In this document: in pieces, positions 38,150 through 47,631 of the stretch
Position numbering within the stretch: position 1 is the first letter of the stretch
How the letters are laid out: each line of letters begins with the position of its first letter
DNA from: an uncultured virus (IMG/VR IMGVR_UViG_3300037466_004244)
Lineage: Duplodnaviria > Heunggongvirae > Uroviricota > Caudoviricetes
Virus record (IMG/VR): IMGVR_UViG_3300037466_004244
Length of the DNA stretch: 64,000 bases
Direction: 5' to 3' (one strand)
Position numbers and translations under genes: made by a program
Notes under the pieces: generated by a model
Database searches by the model: none
The model's input: the letters and a program-made list of their open reading frames with translations, nothing else
What the model was told of the DNA's origin: nothing

Positions 38150-38614
38150 ATGGACATCGCCGAAATCCCCCAGACTCCGCCGCCCCTGGTCATCGACCTC
38201 CCCCTCGAAGGCATCGGCGCCCGGCATGGCGTCACGCTGCCGGGGTTCACCGCCCGGCTGGAGCTCACCGTCGCCAACGGGGGCGCATCCAGTCGTCCGG
38301 GCGTCACCGACCTGCGGGTCTGCGCGGCAGCCCTCGGGCTGTGCACCCGCATCGGGCGGATCACCGATGCGGACAGGCGGCCCCTCCTGCCGTCGTACGT
38401 CTCGACCGGGTGCGACGTTCTGGCGTACGGCGGTGCGGTCTACGACCTCCTCGCCAGCAGGGGCGTCACGCCGCGAGCGCTCCGAGCGGCGGCGGCCCCC
38501 ATCCTCGCGCTCATCCTCGAGAACCTCCCGCCGCTCGACCCCGTCATCGAGGACAAGGCGGCTTTTTCCGAGGGCGGGGGAGCCTCGACCGCTGGGCCCT
38601 CCGCCTCTCGTTGA
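38150..38614 (+). CDS. Tail assembly chaperone (G-like)
   Basis: Between tail tube and tape measure; GCT TTT TCC slip site near the end. Confidence 0.65.
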   Translation: MDIAEIPQTPPPLVIDLPLEGIGARHGVTLPGFTARLELTVANGGASSRPGVTDLRVCAAALGLCTRIGRITDADRRPLLPSYVSTGCDVLAYGGAVYDLLASRGVTPRALRAAAAPILALILENLPPLDPVIEDKAAFSEGGGASTAGPSASR

Positions 38615-38772
38615 AGTACGGCGGCGGCAACCCGGACTGGTTCTACACGCTCACCGAGGAGCAGCAGACCAACGTCATGGCCCTCGAACGCGCCGACTAC
38701 CTGGACTGGTTCGACGGGCTGACCCCCGAGCAGCAGAAACGCGTCCGCGAGCGGCAGAGGGGGAGGCGCTGA
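38563..38772 (+). CDS. -1 frameshift extension (GT-like) of the tail chaperone
   Basis: -1 frame FFRGRGSLDRWALRLSLKYGGGNPDWFYTL... stops at 38772, coupled to the next ATG. Confidence 0.6.
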   Translation, partial: FFRGRGSLDRWALRLSLKYGGGNPDWFYTLTEEQQTNVMALERADYLDWFDGLTPEQQKRVRERQRGRR

Positions 38773-39035
38773 TGTGGACGCGCGAGCCGCACCCGACGGA
38801 GCCGGGCATCGTGTGCCTCACCGAGCACTGCGACATCTCGGACTTCAGGCGCGAGTTGGCGGCGATTCCCCGGATCACGAACGAGGCGGCACGTCGCGCG
38901 ATGGCCGAGTTCAAGCGTGTGATTGCTGAGGCGACCGCACACGCAGAGCAAGCGGCAAAGGTCCCGCCCGCGTCCATCACCGTCCCACGCGAGCCGCGCC
39001 CCATCGTCACCCTCGCACCCTGGGGCCGAGCATGA
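38772..39035 (+). CDS. Hypothetical protein
   Basis: GGAGG RBS, TGATG coupling. Confidence 0.6.
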   Translation: MWTREPHPTEPGIVCLTEHCDISDFRRELAAIPRITNEAARRAMAEFKRVIAEATAHAEQAAKVPPASITVPREPRPIVTLAPWGRA

Positions 39036-39580
39036 CCACCCGCTACACCGACGGCAACGTCACCGTCACGCTCGACGATGGGTTGGAGCAGTTCGTCCGT
39101 GGGCTCCTGTCGGCCGCCGAGACAGAGGCGGTCCGCGTGCTCGAGGCCGCCGCCGCTGGGGTGGCGCAGGCGGCCGAGGGCGAGTGGTACGGCTCGAAGG
39201 GCGTCACGAAGAAGACCGGCCGCTCAGGCGACATCGGCGTCACGACGACGTTCGACAGCGCGAAGGGCGAGGTCCGCGTGAGCGTCGGGAGCCGCGACAC
39301 GCGCACCGCAGGCAAGAGCGGGAAGCCGCTGCCGGTGTTCGTGCACCGCCCCAACGCCACGTCGACCATCCTCAAGGACGTCGGCCACGACGAGTGGTGG
39401 AAGCGGTACAAGGCCGGGCGACCCGTCGGGCCCTATCCGATGGCGTACGAGCACAACCCGGCGGCGAACGACGGGAGGTTCCTGCTCGTCGAACTCGTCC
39501 GCAAGCCGATGCAGGCGAAGGTGAAGGCCATCATCCCCGACCTCGGGGCCGCCATCGCGCTCAAGGCTGGAGGTCGCTGA
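39032..39580 (+). CDS. Basic neck/tail-completion-like protein
   Basis: KKTGRSG motif reminiscent of HK97 gp10-like proteins; inference. Confidence 0.55.
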   Translation: MTTRYTDGNVTVTLDDGLEQFVRGLLSAAETEAVRVLEAAAAGVAQAAEGEWYGSKGVTKKTGRSGDIGVTTTFDSAKGEVRVSVGSRDTRTAGKSGKPLPVFVHRPNATSTILKDVGHDEWWKRYKAGRPVGPYPMAYEHNPAANDGRFLLVELVRKPMQAKVKAIIPDLGAAIALKAGGR

Positions 39581-41508
39581 TGTCCGGAAACCCCACGGTC
39601 GGAATCGATGTGGTGGCGCGGCTCGACGCGCTGCGGGCTGACCTCGCGAAGATCCCCGAGGTGGGCGGAGCGGCCGCCAAGCAGTTGACGGCGGAGCTGT
39701 CGAAGCAGATCAAGCAGGCTGAGAAGGCGGCGAAGGATGCCGCGAAGGGGGCCAAGGAGGCGAAGGAGGGCTTCGGCGCGGTCGGGGACAGCGCCGGCAA
39801 GGCCGGGCAGGCGTCCGCCAAGTTGGCGGGCGCGCTGTCCCTGATTTCGCCGGCAGCGGGCGACGCGGCGCGCAACGTCAACGACCTCGCCGACGTGTTC
39901 GAGGTGGCCGCCGAACTCGGCGCGTCCACGGGCGTCTCTGCGGCGGCGGCAGGCGTGGGCGTGGCTGCGCTCACCGAAGTCGTGGCCGCCGGCTACCTCG
40001 CGTGGAAGGCGTACAACGAGGAGGACGAGCGCGCCGCCCGGATCGCGGCGGAGGTCAGCGCGCAGGAGGCCAAGCTTGCTGGGATCCTCGACTCGTCCCG
40101 TGAGGCCGCAGTTCGGCTCAAGGTCGCGACGGGTGAACTCACCGAGGCCGAGGGCGCCCGGATGGAGGTGGGCATCCGGGCGCAGAAGGCGTACCAGGAC
40201 GCCACCGCCGATACCCGGAAGCGGCTCGCGGAGCTGCGCGACCAGCAGGGGTCGTTCGGCCAGCAGATCGTTGACGACTACGTCACTGCAGCCAAGGCGG
40301 TCGCCGGAGCCGTCGGGTACACGAAGCCATTTGCGGCGGCCATCGATGGGCTGACGACCGACTCGTCCGAACTGCAGCAGGAGATCGACGGGCTGCAGGG
40401 GTCGCTCGACGATGCGACGCGGGTAACGCGCGAGAACGTCGATGTGACGAACAAGGCGGCGGAGGCAGATAAGGCGGCGAAGGGGGCGAAGGAGCAGCAT
40501 CGGAAGGCGGTGGATGACCTCCGCGACCGACTTCGGGAACTCTCGGCCGTGCAGCAGGCCAGTGCGTCGGACGCCGCCTCGGACCTTGCGACATACGAGC
40601 AGGCTGACGCGAAGCTCATCGACATGGGCGACAATGTGGCGAATGCGCAACTGAGCGCGAGCGACAAGGTTCGGCTTGCTCTCAAGCAGCAACTCGACGA
40701 AGCGGCCGCACTCCGCGACAAGGCGCTCGCCAAGGTGCAGCAGGGCTCGACCGCTGCTGAGACGATCGAGCAGGACTACCAGCGGACGCGCGTTCAGCTG
40801 GAGCAGGCGGCCGACGCCGACATCGCGAAGCTTCGCGACAAGGACGACGCAGACGCCGAAGAGAAGACGCGGCAGGCCATCGCGCGCGCGAAGGAACAGG
40901 CCCGAGCGGAAGGGGCAGCGTTCGGCAACCTGTTCGGCAACCTGTCGGATCTCGCCAGCACGTCAGCCGAGGCCATTGGCGAGAAGAACAAGGCTGGCGC
41001 CCAGTCCATGTTCGCCATCGGCCAAGGGTTTGCCGCAGCCCAAGCGGCGATCAACACCGCGCTTGCGATCTCGGCCGCGAATACCATCCCGTTCCCGGGC
41101 AACATCCCCGCCATCGCCGCCGCCGCCGCGCAGGGCATCGCTGAAGAGATCAGCATCGCGAACGCCAAGCCGCCGAGTTTCGGGGACACCCCGGGCCCGG
41201 TGCAGGTGGATGGCTCCGACGTCAACTACGTCGGGTTCAAGCGCAAGGACATCGTCATCGCCGCGCAGCGCCCCGAGGACGTGGTGCGGCAGGCGGCGAA
41301 CCTCGTGCACGACGAGCAGCCAAGCCGGCGCGCCCCGGTCGCCCCCGACCCGTTCACGGGTGCGCAGGCACGCGAGGGGACCGTGATCAAGCTCCAGCAT
41401 CGCGCCTTTCACGCGTCGCTCCGCCAGAGCCTCCAGCGCAAGGGCCCGCTCGCGGATGCCGTGCGGGGCACGCAGACCATCGGGCACCGCGTCCGGAACG
41501 GAGGATAG
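39580..41508 (+). CDS. Tape measure protein
   Basis: 642 aa Ala-rich helical/coiled-coil protein; FAIGQGFAAAQAAINTALAI C-terminal motif. Confidence 0.85.
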   Translation: MSGNPTVGIDVVARLDALRADLAKIPEVGGAAAKQLTAELSKQIKQAEKAAKDAAKGAKEAKEGFGAVGDSAGKAGQASAKLAGALSLISPAAGDAARNVNDLADVFEVAAELGASTGVSAAAAGVGVAALTEVVAAGYLAWKAYNEEDERAARIAAEVSAQEAKLAGILDSSREAAVRLKVATGELTEAEGARMEVGIRAQKAYQDATADTRKRLAELRDQQGSFGQQIVDDYVTAAKAVAGAVGYTKPFAAAIDGLTTDSSELQQEIDGLQGSLDDATRVTRENVDVTNKAAEADKAAKGAKEQHRKAVDDLRDRLRELSAVQQASASDAASDLATYEQADAKLIDMGDNVANAQLSASDKVRLALKQQLDEAAALRDKALAKVQQGSTAAETIEQDYQRTRVQLEQAADADIAKLRDKDDADAEEKTRQAIARAKEQARAEGAAFGNLFGNLSDLASTSAEAIGEKNKAGAQSMFAIGQGFAAAQAAINTALAISAANTIPFPGNIPAIAAAAAQGIAEEISIANAKPPSFGDTPGPVQVDGSDVNYVGFKRKDIVIAAQRPEDVVRQAANLVHDEQPSRRAPVAPDPFTGAQAREGTVIKLQHRAFHASLRQSLQRKGPLADAVRGTQTIGHRVRNGG

Positions 41509-44500
41509 ATGGCTGCCACCGACCTCAGCCGTAGCGCGAACACGGGCCTGCTCATCCAGGACCACCGCCTCACGTCGAAGGCGTACAGCGCCGACCTCTC
41601 GACCGTCACCCAGGCCGGCCCGCTCCCCGGCGTCCCCGAGGCGCAGGGCGACACGGAGATGGTGCTGGAGGCCACGGGCTCGCAGAATGCGGGCACGCGG
41701 TACGAGATCCTCGGCCGCCGTGGCGGGATGCCACTCCCCGATCGCGGCTCGTTCGTGTGGCGCGACGACGCCGCCGATGACTGGCGGGGCTGGGATCCGC
41801 CTGTCGCCATCACAGCCTATGAGGCGCTTGACGCGAACACGACGGCGAACCGGTGGGAGCACCCGCACGCAGTGACGCTCTCTGACGGCACGGTCGTCGC
41901 GGTCGCCCTCAAGGCGCGTCAGTACGTGCAGGCGTGGACGCGGAGCACGACGGGCGGGACGTGGTCCAACGTGCAGGTCTACGACGCGGGCGGCACCGTC
42001 ACGAATTCCCTGCGTCCGTGCCTCGTCGTGCTCCCGAATGACCGGATCCTCTGCTTCTTTTGGGTCGAAGATACGGCGGCGAACACGAATCAAATCGCGA
42101 TGTACTACTCCGACGACGCTGGGGCGACGTGGACCCTTGGCCAGTCGGCCTGCCTGCTGACCGCGCTCGATCTCACGACGGTGACGCCCGGCCGGCTCCG
42201 GGCCGCGTTCCTCGCCGAGCAGGTGCTTCTCGTGGCCGGGATCACCGACTCGACCCTCACGTACCAGGACGTGCTCGTCCAGTACGCCAGCGCAGATCGG
42301 GGCTCGACGTTCGCCGAAGTGGATCGGTGGGTTGGCAACAGCGAGGAGACGCACGGGGCGTACCACGACCTCCTCGTCGTGAACGGCCAGTTTCAGCTCT
42401 ACTACCTGCGGGAGTGCTCCACGACGACGGCGAACATCGTGCCTTTCGTCAAGACGGTCGGCAACGCCTTCTCGCTCCTGTCCGTCGCGACAGCCGTGCT
42501 CGCCTGCGACACCGCGAACCCGATGGAGTGGGGCGACACGGCGCTTCACGACCTCACGAATGGCGACCTCGCCGTCTGGCTGGACGACGACGGCGTTCTC
42601 TACATGACGGGCCGCAACCACGACGCCGGGCAGTTCATGGAGTGCTACGTCCAGCGCTCGATCGACGGCGGCACGACGTGGACCACGATGGGATTCGGCG
42701 GCGCGGCTGGCGGGGCGATCGGCGCGTCGTGGTGGCACGGCCGGGACGCCAGCGTGTACCCGCGGGACTTCTGCGGGGTGGCGCAGGGCGCGCGCGCCAT
42801 CCTCCTCCACGAGATCGAGAGCGACAGCGCGACGACGCTGGACGACTCGCTCGTCGCGACCTTTTTGGGGGGCTTCACCACCGTCTGCCTCCCGGCGAAG
42901 AACCGGGCGATCGTCGCCTCGGAGCGCGTCGCGTTCGAGCGGACGTGGCTCCCGTTCGAGCTCCCCGACGTGCTCGGGGGCATCTACACGTCCGTGACGG
43001 GAGGCACCCCCACGGTCATCCTCGGCGCCGACGGGCTGCGGCTGCAGGGCGGGGCAGGGGACTCGCAGAGCTACAACCTGACGACGAAGCCCACCTCGAC
43101 CCTGCTCCAGGGGTTGATCACCCTGATCGACATGAAGGTCGCGGGTGGCTCCGGGTTCATCCAGGTTCGCATCGCGAACGGCACGCCGGTGTCCTACACG
43201 GTGCGCGTCACCGTCACCCCGACCTCGATCACGCTCCGGGACATGGAGGGGAGCGTGGATATCGGATCGGCGACCGTGACCACCGCGGGCGCGACGGGAG
43301 TGCAGATCCTGATCGCGCTCGGGCAAGACGCCGGGACGGGGAACTCGGGCAACGTGAAGGCGTGGTTTCGCCCGGCGACGACGGGCACAGGAACCGACCG
43401 CGAGTGGCAGCCGTGCGGCTCGCTCGGGACGTCCGCTGGCCTTGACGCCGGCTCGACCGCCGACAACGACATCCAGTGGGGGATCCTCAACGGCGTCGGC
43501 ACCGATGCGACGTTCAAGATCCACCAGTACACGTACGGCGAGTACACCGGCCAGCAGCTCTGCTACGGGCAGGACAACCCGGACGAGCTCCTCGGCCGCA
43601 ACTTCTCGACGACGGGCGGCTACGTTGATGGGGGGCTCAAGCTCGTCGCGAAGGACGGGCCGGTGTTCGCGAACGACCTCTGGTACATCTCGACCCGGTA
43701 CACGTACCCGATCGAGAACATATTTCCGGACTACTCGCCGTCCCCCGACACGGTCTGGCGCTCGACGTCGGACGCGTCCGAACTCACCATCGCGCTTGCC
43801 TTTGATGAGGACGCGGGCGAGGAGAACAGCTTTCGTGGCCCGATGTTCGGGGTGCACCTGAACAACATCAACTTCCGGACCGCGTACGTGGAGGGCTACG
43901 ACGTCGATACGTCCTCGTGGGTCGCCATCGGGACGATCGACGCCTCGACGAGCAGCGCGGCCCACAAGTACGTCCGCGAGGGGCAACTCGTCCGGCCCGA
44001 CACAGGAACCACGACGGCGGCGGACCCGTTCTACACGGAGAACATCCTCGCAGGCTCCTCGTTCCGTCTCGCCTCGGGCAAGGTTCGGAAAATCGTCACG
44101 AACACGGGAGGCGCGTGGAACAACGCCACGACCCTCCGCACCCGCATCACGCTCGACGGCGCGCTGAACACGGACCCGACGAGCGGCATGGCGGGGGACG
44201 TGTGGAGCCGCGACGTGACGCTGCTCGTGAACAACGCCACGACGTACAGCCGCGTCCGCCTCCGGATCCCCGCGCAGGACACGGCGGACGGGTTTTTCCA
44301 GATCGGGGCGATGGTTAACGGGCACGTCGCGGTGTTCGGCTTCAACTACTCGTGGGGGCGCGCCTTCACGGTAGCGCCGAACACCGAGTTGACTACTGCT
44401 CGGAGCGGCCGGCGCCGTTCGCGCCGGCTTGGCGCGACCCGGCGTGCCTACCGTCTCGGATGGCGCGAGCCTGCCGACACGACGGAGATCTCGCTGCTCA

Positions 44501-44805
44501 AGCCGGTGCCCAGCTACGTGCTGCCCTACACGGGAGCAACGGACGCGGTTGGTGCGCCGGCCGCCACGCCCTACCTTCTGAGCGGCCTGCTCGCGGAATT
44601 TGACGGCCCCGACAAGACGGTCGTCTACCTCGGGCGGGTTGACAAGCAGGCGAACGCGTCGGCGGCGATCCTCATCACGAACCGCCACCTGCAGCTCTAC
44701 GGCCGCGTCGTCAGTGAGACGATCGAACAGACCGTGCAGATGGGCGACGAGTGGTCCAACGAGATGTGGGTGGGCGCCGAGATGACCATCGAGGAGGAGG
44801 TATAG
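41509..44805 (+). CDS. Large tail protein with Asp-box (BNR) beta-propeller repeats
   Basis: SDDAGATW, SADRGSTF, SIDGGTTW; 1098 aa directly after the tape measure. Confidence 0.8.
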   Translation: MAATDLSRSANTGLLIQDHRLTSKAYSADLSTVTQAGPLPGVPEAQGDTEMVLEATGSQNAGTRYEILGRRGGMPLPDRGSFVWRDDAADDWRGWDPPVAITAYEALDANTTANRWEHPHAVTLSDGTVVAVALKARQYVQAWTRSTTGGTWSNVQVYDAGGTVTNSLRPCLVVLPNDRILCFFWVEDTAANTNQIAMYYSDDAGATWTLGQSACLLTALDLTTVTPGRLRAAFLAEQVLLVAGITDSTLTYQDVLVQYASADRGSTFAEVDRWVGNSEETHGAYHDLLVVNGQFQLYYLRECSTTTANIVPFVKTVGNAFSLLSVATAVLACDTANPMEWGDTALHDLTNGDLAVWLDDDGVLYMTGRNHDAGQFMECYVQRSIDGGTTWTTMGFGGAAGGAIGASWWHGRDASVYPRDFCGVAQGARAILLHEIESDSATTLDDSLVATFLGGFTTVCLPAKNRAIVASERVAFERTWLPFELPDVLGGIYTSVTGGTPTVILGADGLRLQGGAGDSQSYNLTTKPTSTLLQGLITLIDMKVAGGSGFIQVRIANGTPVSYTVRVTVTPTSITLRDMEGSVDIGSATVTTAGATGVQILIALGQDAGTGNSGNVKAWFRPATTGTGTDREWQPCGSLGTSAGLDAGSTADNDIQWGILNGVGTDATFKIHQYTYGEYTGQQLCYGQDNPDELLGRNFSTTGGYVDGGLKLVAKDGPVFANDLWYISTRYTYPIENIFPDYSPSPDTVWRSTSDASELTIALAFDEDAGEENSFRGPMFGVHLNNINFRTAYVEGYDVDTSSWVAIGTIDASTSSAAHKYVREGQLVRPDTGTTTAADPFYTENILAGSSFRLASGKVRKIVTNTGGAWNNATTLRTRITLDGALNTDPTSGMAGDVWSRDVTLLVNNATTYSRVRLRIPAQDTADGFFQIGAMVNGHVAVFGFNYSWGRAFTVAPNTELTTARSGRRRSRRLGATRRAYRLGWREPADTTEISLLKPVPSYVLPYTGATDAVGAPAATPYLLSGLLAEFDGPDKTVVYLGRVDKQANASAAILITNRHLQLYGRVVSETIEQTVQMGDEWSNEMWVGAEMTIEEEV

Positions 44806-44806
44806 C

Positions 44807-46864
44807 GTGCCCGTCTCGCGATTCAGCGCAGCGCAGGTTGCCGCCGGGCGCATGGTCTGGCTCCTCGAGCTCACCTTCGCGGGGCGTGTCTGGCGCTACG
44901 CCTCGGAGGACGTCACCGTCGGCAGCGACGACGGCGACCTCGACTACAGCGGGGATCTGGAGATCGACCCTGTCCGAGAGGACATGGACCTCTTCAGCAT
45001 CGCCATCTCCGGGCTCGAGGTGCCCGTCACCTTCACGCACCTGCCGGGCATGGCGGGGCTCGTCGCGAAAGGCCACGACCCGGCTTCGGCGACGGGAGAG
45101 CTCTCGCAGTGGATCGAGGGCTCCGCCTACGAGGCTCGTCGCGTCGTCCTCCGCGGTCGCCTCACGGACCCCGAGTGGGGCGAGGACTTCCTTGTCGGCA
45201 CGCTGACGCAGGCGTCGTGGGATGACCGGGGCCGGATGCCAGACCCGGCGGCCGAAGTGAACGCCGACACGACCGACACCACGAACGTCAGTTCTTCGGA
45301 CGCACCCCTCGCATACCCTCTCGTGTTCGGCCGCCCCGGCAACGATGCGGTCACGCGACAAGGCTACTACGGCGGTACCCCCGCGCTCTGGCTCGACAAG
45401 ACTGAGCAGAACCCGGTCGTGGTCATCGCCGGCCACCGCGTGCAGGCGACGCAGGTGTACCTCGTCCACGACGACGACACTGTGGGGCGCCGCTACGTCG
45501 TGACGCATACAACCGATCGTCTCGGCCGCACCATCGCCACGGTTCAGGCGGGCACGGGCGGCGGTACAACGCTGGACCACCTCGCGGTCCACCCGAACGA
45601 GGAGTACAACGACGGGCTCGTCGCTGGGCCCGCGTCCTTCATCCCTGATGACGTCAACACGACGCTCAACCTGTTCGTGGCGTGGCGCGATGAGACGGAC
45701 TCCACGCTCGGCGCGCTCGCAGGCGACGACGGCGCCCTCCTGCGGGGTGGCGGGGATCTTCTGCTCTACGTGCTCCGGAACTACTCGTCGCTCCCGGTCG
45801 ACTACGGACGGACCGCGGCGGCGCTGCCGCAACTGAACGCGTTTCTGTTCGACGGCTACATCGATGACGGCTGCGTGCCGTGGGACTGGCTGTCTACGAA
45901 CATCCTGCCACTCCTGCCGTGCTCGGTCGTCCGGGGGCCGGACGGTCTGTTCCCGATCGTGTGGAACCCGGACGCGCGGGAATGTGACGCAGTCGCAGTG
46001 CTGGACGAGGACCTCGGCGACTTCGAATTCGGGGACCGCGTCACGAGTGATGCGGGGAACGTGACCAACGACTTCACGCTTCGCTACGGCTACAACGCGC
46101 GGACGCAGACCTACGCGCACACGGCCCGGCTCGGCGCGACGTACGTGGCGCCGACGGCGCGCGCGGTGGCGACGCTCATTGTTCCCGGGGCGCTCGCACG
46201 GATCCCGGTGTGGGCGAAGGCTGGAGGGACCGAGGGAGCCGCGATCGAGATCGTCTACAACGACGACGGGACCGACCCGCCGACGCTGACGGAGGTGCCG
46301 ACGCTCCGGCAGGTGGTGATCAACTTCAAGGGACTGCTGACGGGGAACACGGCGACGTTCGCGCAGATCACCAGCACGATTCGGGCATCTTCCACCCTCA
46401 TCACCTGCGCCGCCTCAACCGTGTCGGACCTCTTCGAGGGCGCATCCTCCGCCCCCGATCCCACGCAATACTCGCCCGTCTACACGCGGCTTCTGGACGA
46501 CGGCACGAAGCCTCACCACGCGTGCTTCGTCTCGAAGGCCCGCTACGCTGACCCTGCCAACGGGCTCGACGGCGTGTTCCCCGAGGAGCTTGAGACGCGG
46601 TACATCACGGACAAGGCGACCGCCGAGGCGGTGCTCGGCTGGCGTGCGCGGGCCCATGCATTCGCCATTCGACGGGTTGAGGGGATCGGCCCGTTCAGCC
46701 GCTTCGGCCACCTGCAATGCGGCGACGACGTGGTCGTCAACTGCTCCCGTCTGGGGCTCGGTCGGCGCATGGCCGTGATCGAATCGGTGGAGACGTCCAC
46801 GGACGGCGACGTGGCGTTCTCGCTCGTGATGGTCGAGAACTCGGCGCGGGACTCACGAACCTGA
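44807..46864 (+). CDS. Tail tip / baseplate hub-like protein
   Basis: YPLVFGRPG; C-terminal HLQCGDDVVV; position. Confidence 0.75.
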   Translation: MPVSRFSAAQVAAGRMVWLLELTFAGRVWRYASEDVTVGSDDGDLDYSGDLEIDPVREDMDLFSIAISGLEVPVTFTHLPGMAGLVAKGHDPASATGELSQWIEGSAYEARRVVLRGRLTDPEWGEDFLVGTLTQASWDDRGRMPDPAAEVNADTTDTTNVSSSDAPLAYPLVFGRPGNDAVTRQGYYGGTPALWLDKTEQNPVVVIAGHRVQATQVYLVHDDDTVGRRYVVTHTTDRLGRTIATVQAGTGGGTTLDHLAVHPNEEYNDGLVAGPASFIPDDVNTTLNLFVAWRDETDSTLGALAGDDGALLRGGGDLLLYVLRNYSSLPVDYGRTAAALPQLNAFLFDGYIDDGCVPWDWLSTNILPLLPCSVVRGPDGLFPIVWNPDARECDAVAVLDEDLGDFEFGDRVTSDAGNVTNDFTLRYGYNARTQTYAHTARLGATYVAPTARAVATLIVPGALARIPVWAKAGGTEGAAIEIVYNDDGTDPPTLTEVPTLRQVVINFKGLLTGNTATFAQITSTIRASSTLITCAASTVSDLFEGASSAPDPTQYSPVYTRLLDDGTKPHHACFVSKARYADPANGLDGVFPEELETRYITDKATAEAVLGWRARAHAFAIRRVEGIGPFSRFGHLQCGDDVVVNCSRLGLGRRMAVIESVETSTDGDVAFSLVMVENSARDSRT

Positions 46865-47194
46865 CGTCAGGTTGTCGCAGGCGGCAGGACGATCGTCGCC
46901 CGAGCAGTCGAAGGGCGTCGCGTCGAAGAAGGCGTTGCACTCGGGCGTATCCTCGGACGTCGCATCGCAGGACTGCTGCTCCAACTCGTGAAGGCACTTT
47001 GCGGCTTGCGCCGGATCGTAGCCGTCGGACATCGCGTGGAGTTCGCCCGCAGCCGTCATCTCGGTGATGCAGTACGCCTGCTGTGCGTCGCTCCCGATGC
47101 CGCACCGCTCGTCGTAGTCACAGATGGCCTCCGCGAAGCGGTCAGGGAACGCATCGGGCGAGACGCCACAGGCGAGGAGGAGGGAAAGGAACAT
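46853..47194 (-). CDS. Cys-rich lipoprotein
   Basis: MFLSLLLACG lipobox; 8 further Cys (AEAICDYDERC...YDPAQAAKCL). Confidence 0.8.
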   Translation of the reverse strand: MFLSLLLACGVSPDAFPDRFAEAICDYDERCGIGSDAQQAYCITEMTAAGELHAMSDGYDPAQAAKCLHELEQQSCDATSEDTPECNAFFDATPFDCSGDDRPAACDNLTSGS

Positions 47195-47195
47195 C

Positions 47196-47537
47196 CTACA
47201 CCCCACCGCCGAAGGTGGCCCGGAGGTATGCGACACAGTCCGCAGCCTGGTGACGCGTCACGTCCGTGGGGCCCATGTCCCCGTATCCGTTGAGGATCAC
47301 GCTCGTGAGTTGCTCGTCGGTCTGCTCGGGCACCTTGACCGTCAGGTCCGAGGCGCCGCCGCTGCCGAGCTTCCCGTCATCTCCGTGGCAGTCCGCGCAG
47401 GTGTCGGCGTAGACGACGGCGCCGCTGGAGGAGCTCGGACCGGTATCCGCCGGCACGGTGTCGACGTCCAACCCCGAATCGCTGAGTTCGACGTCACCGC
47501 CTGCGCAGGCGAGGAGGAGAGCGAAAAACGCGAGCAT
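47196..47537 (-). CDS. Class I c-type cytochrome lipoprotein
   Basis: LLLAC lipobox; GAVVYADTCADCHG (CxxCH); GYGDMGP distal Met; VAYL C-terminal helix. Confidence 0.88.
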   Translation of the reverse strand: MLAFFALLLACAGGDVELSDSGLDVDTVPADTGPSSSSGAVVYADTCADCHGDDGKLGSGGASDLTVKVPEQTDEQLTSVILNGYGDMGPTDVTRHQAADCVAYLRATFGGGV

Positions 47538-47631
47538 GCGGGCACCCGTGAGGACGGATGTCCGCTACGCCGTCGCAGGCCCGGCGTCAATTACCGGGCC
47601 TTACACCCTCCCCGGATTCGTGCACTCGTAG

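Noticed and set aside
40963..44874. 1303-aa minus-strand ORF (also 28957-32169 minus, 5156-7444 plus and many similar)
   Set aside because: Antisense shadows of real genes in high-GC DNA; Arg/Gly/Val-rich with no motifs or RBS
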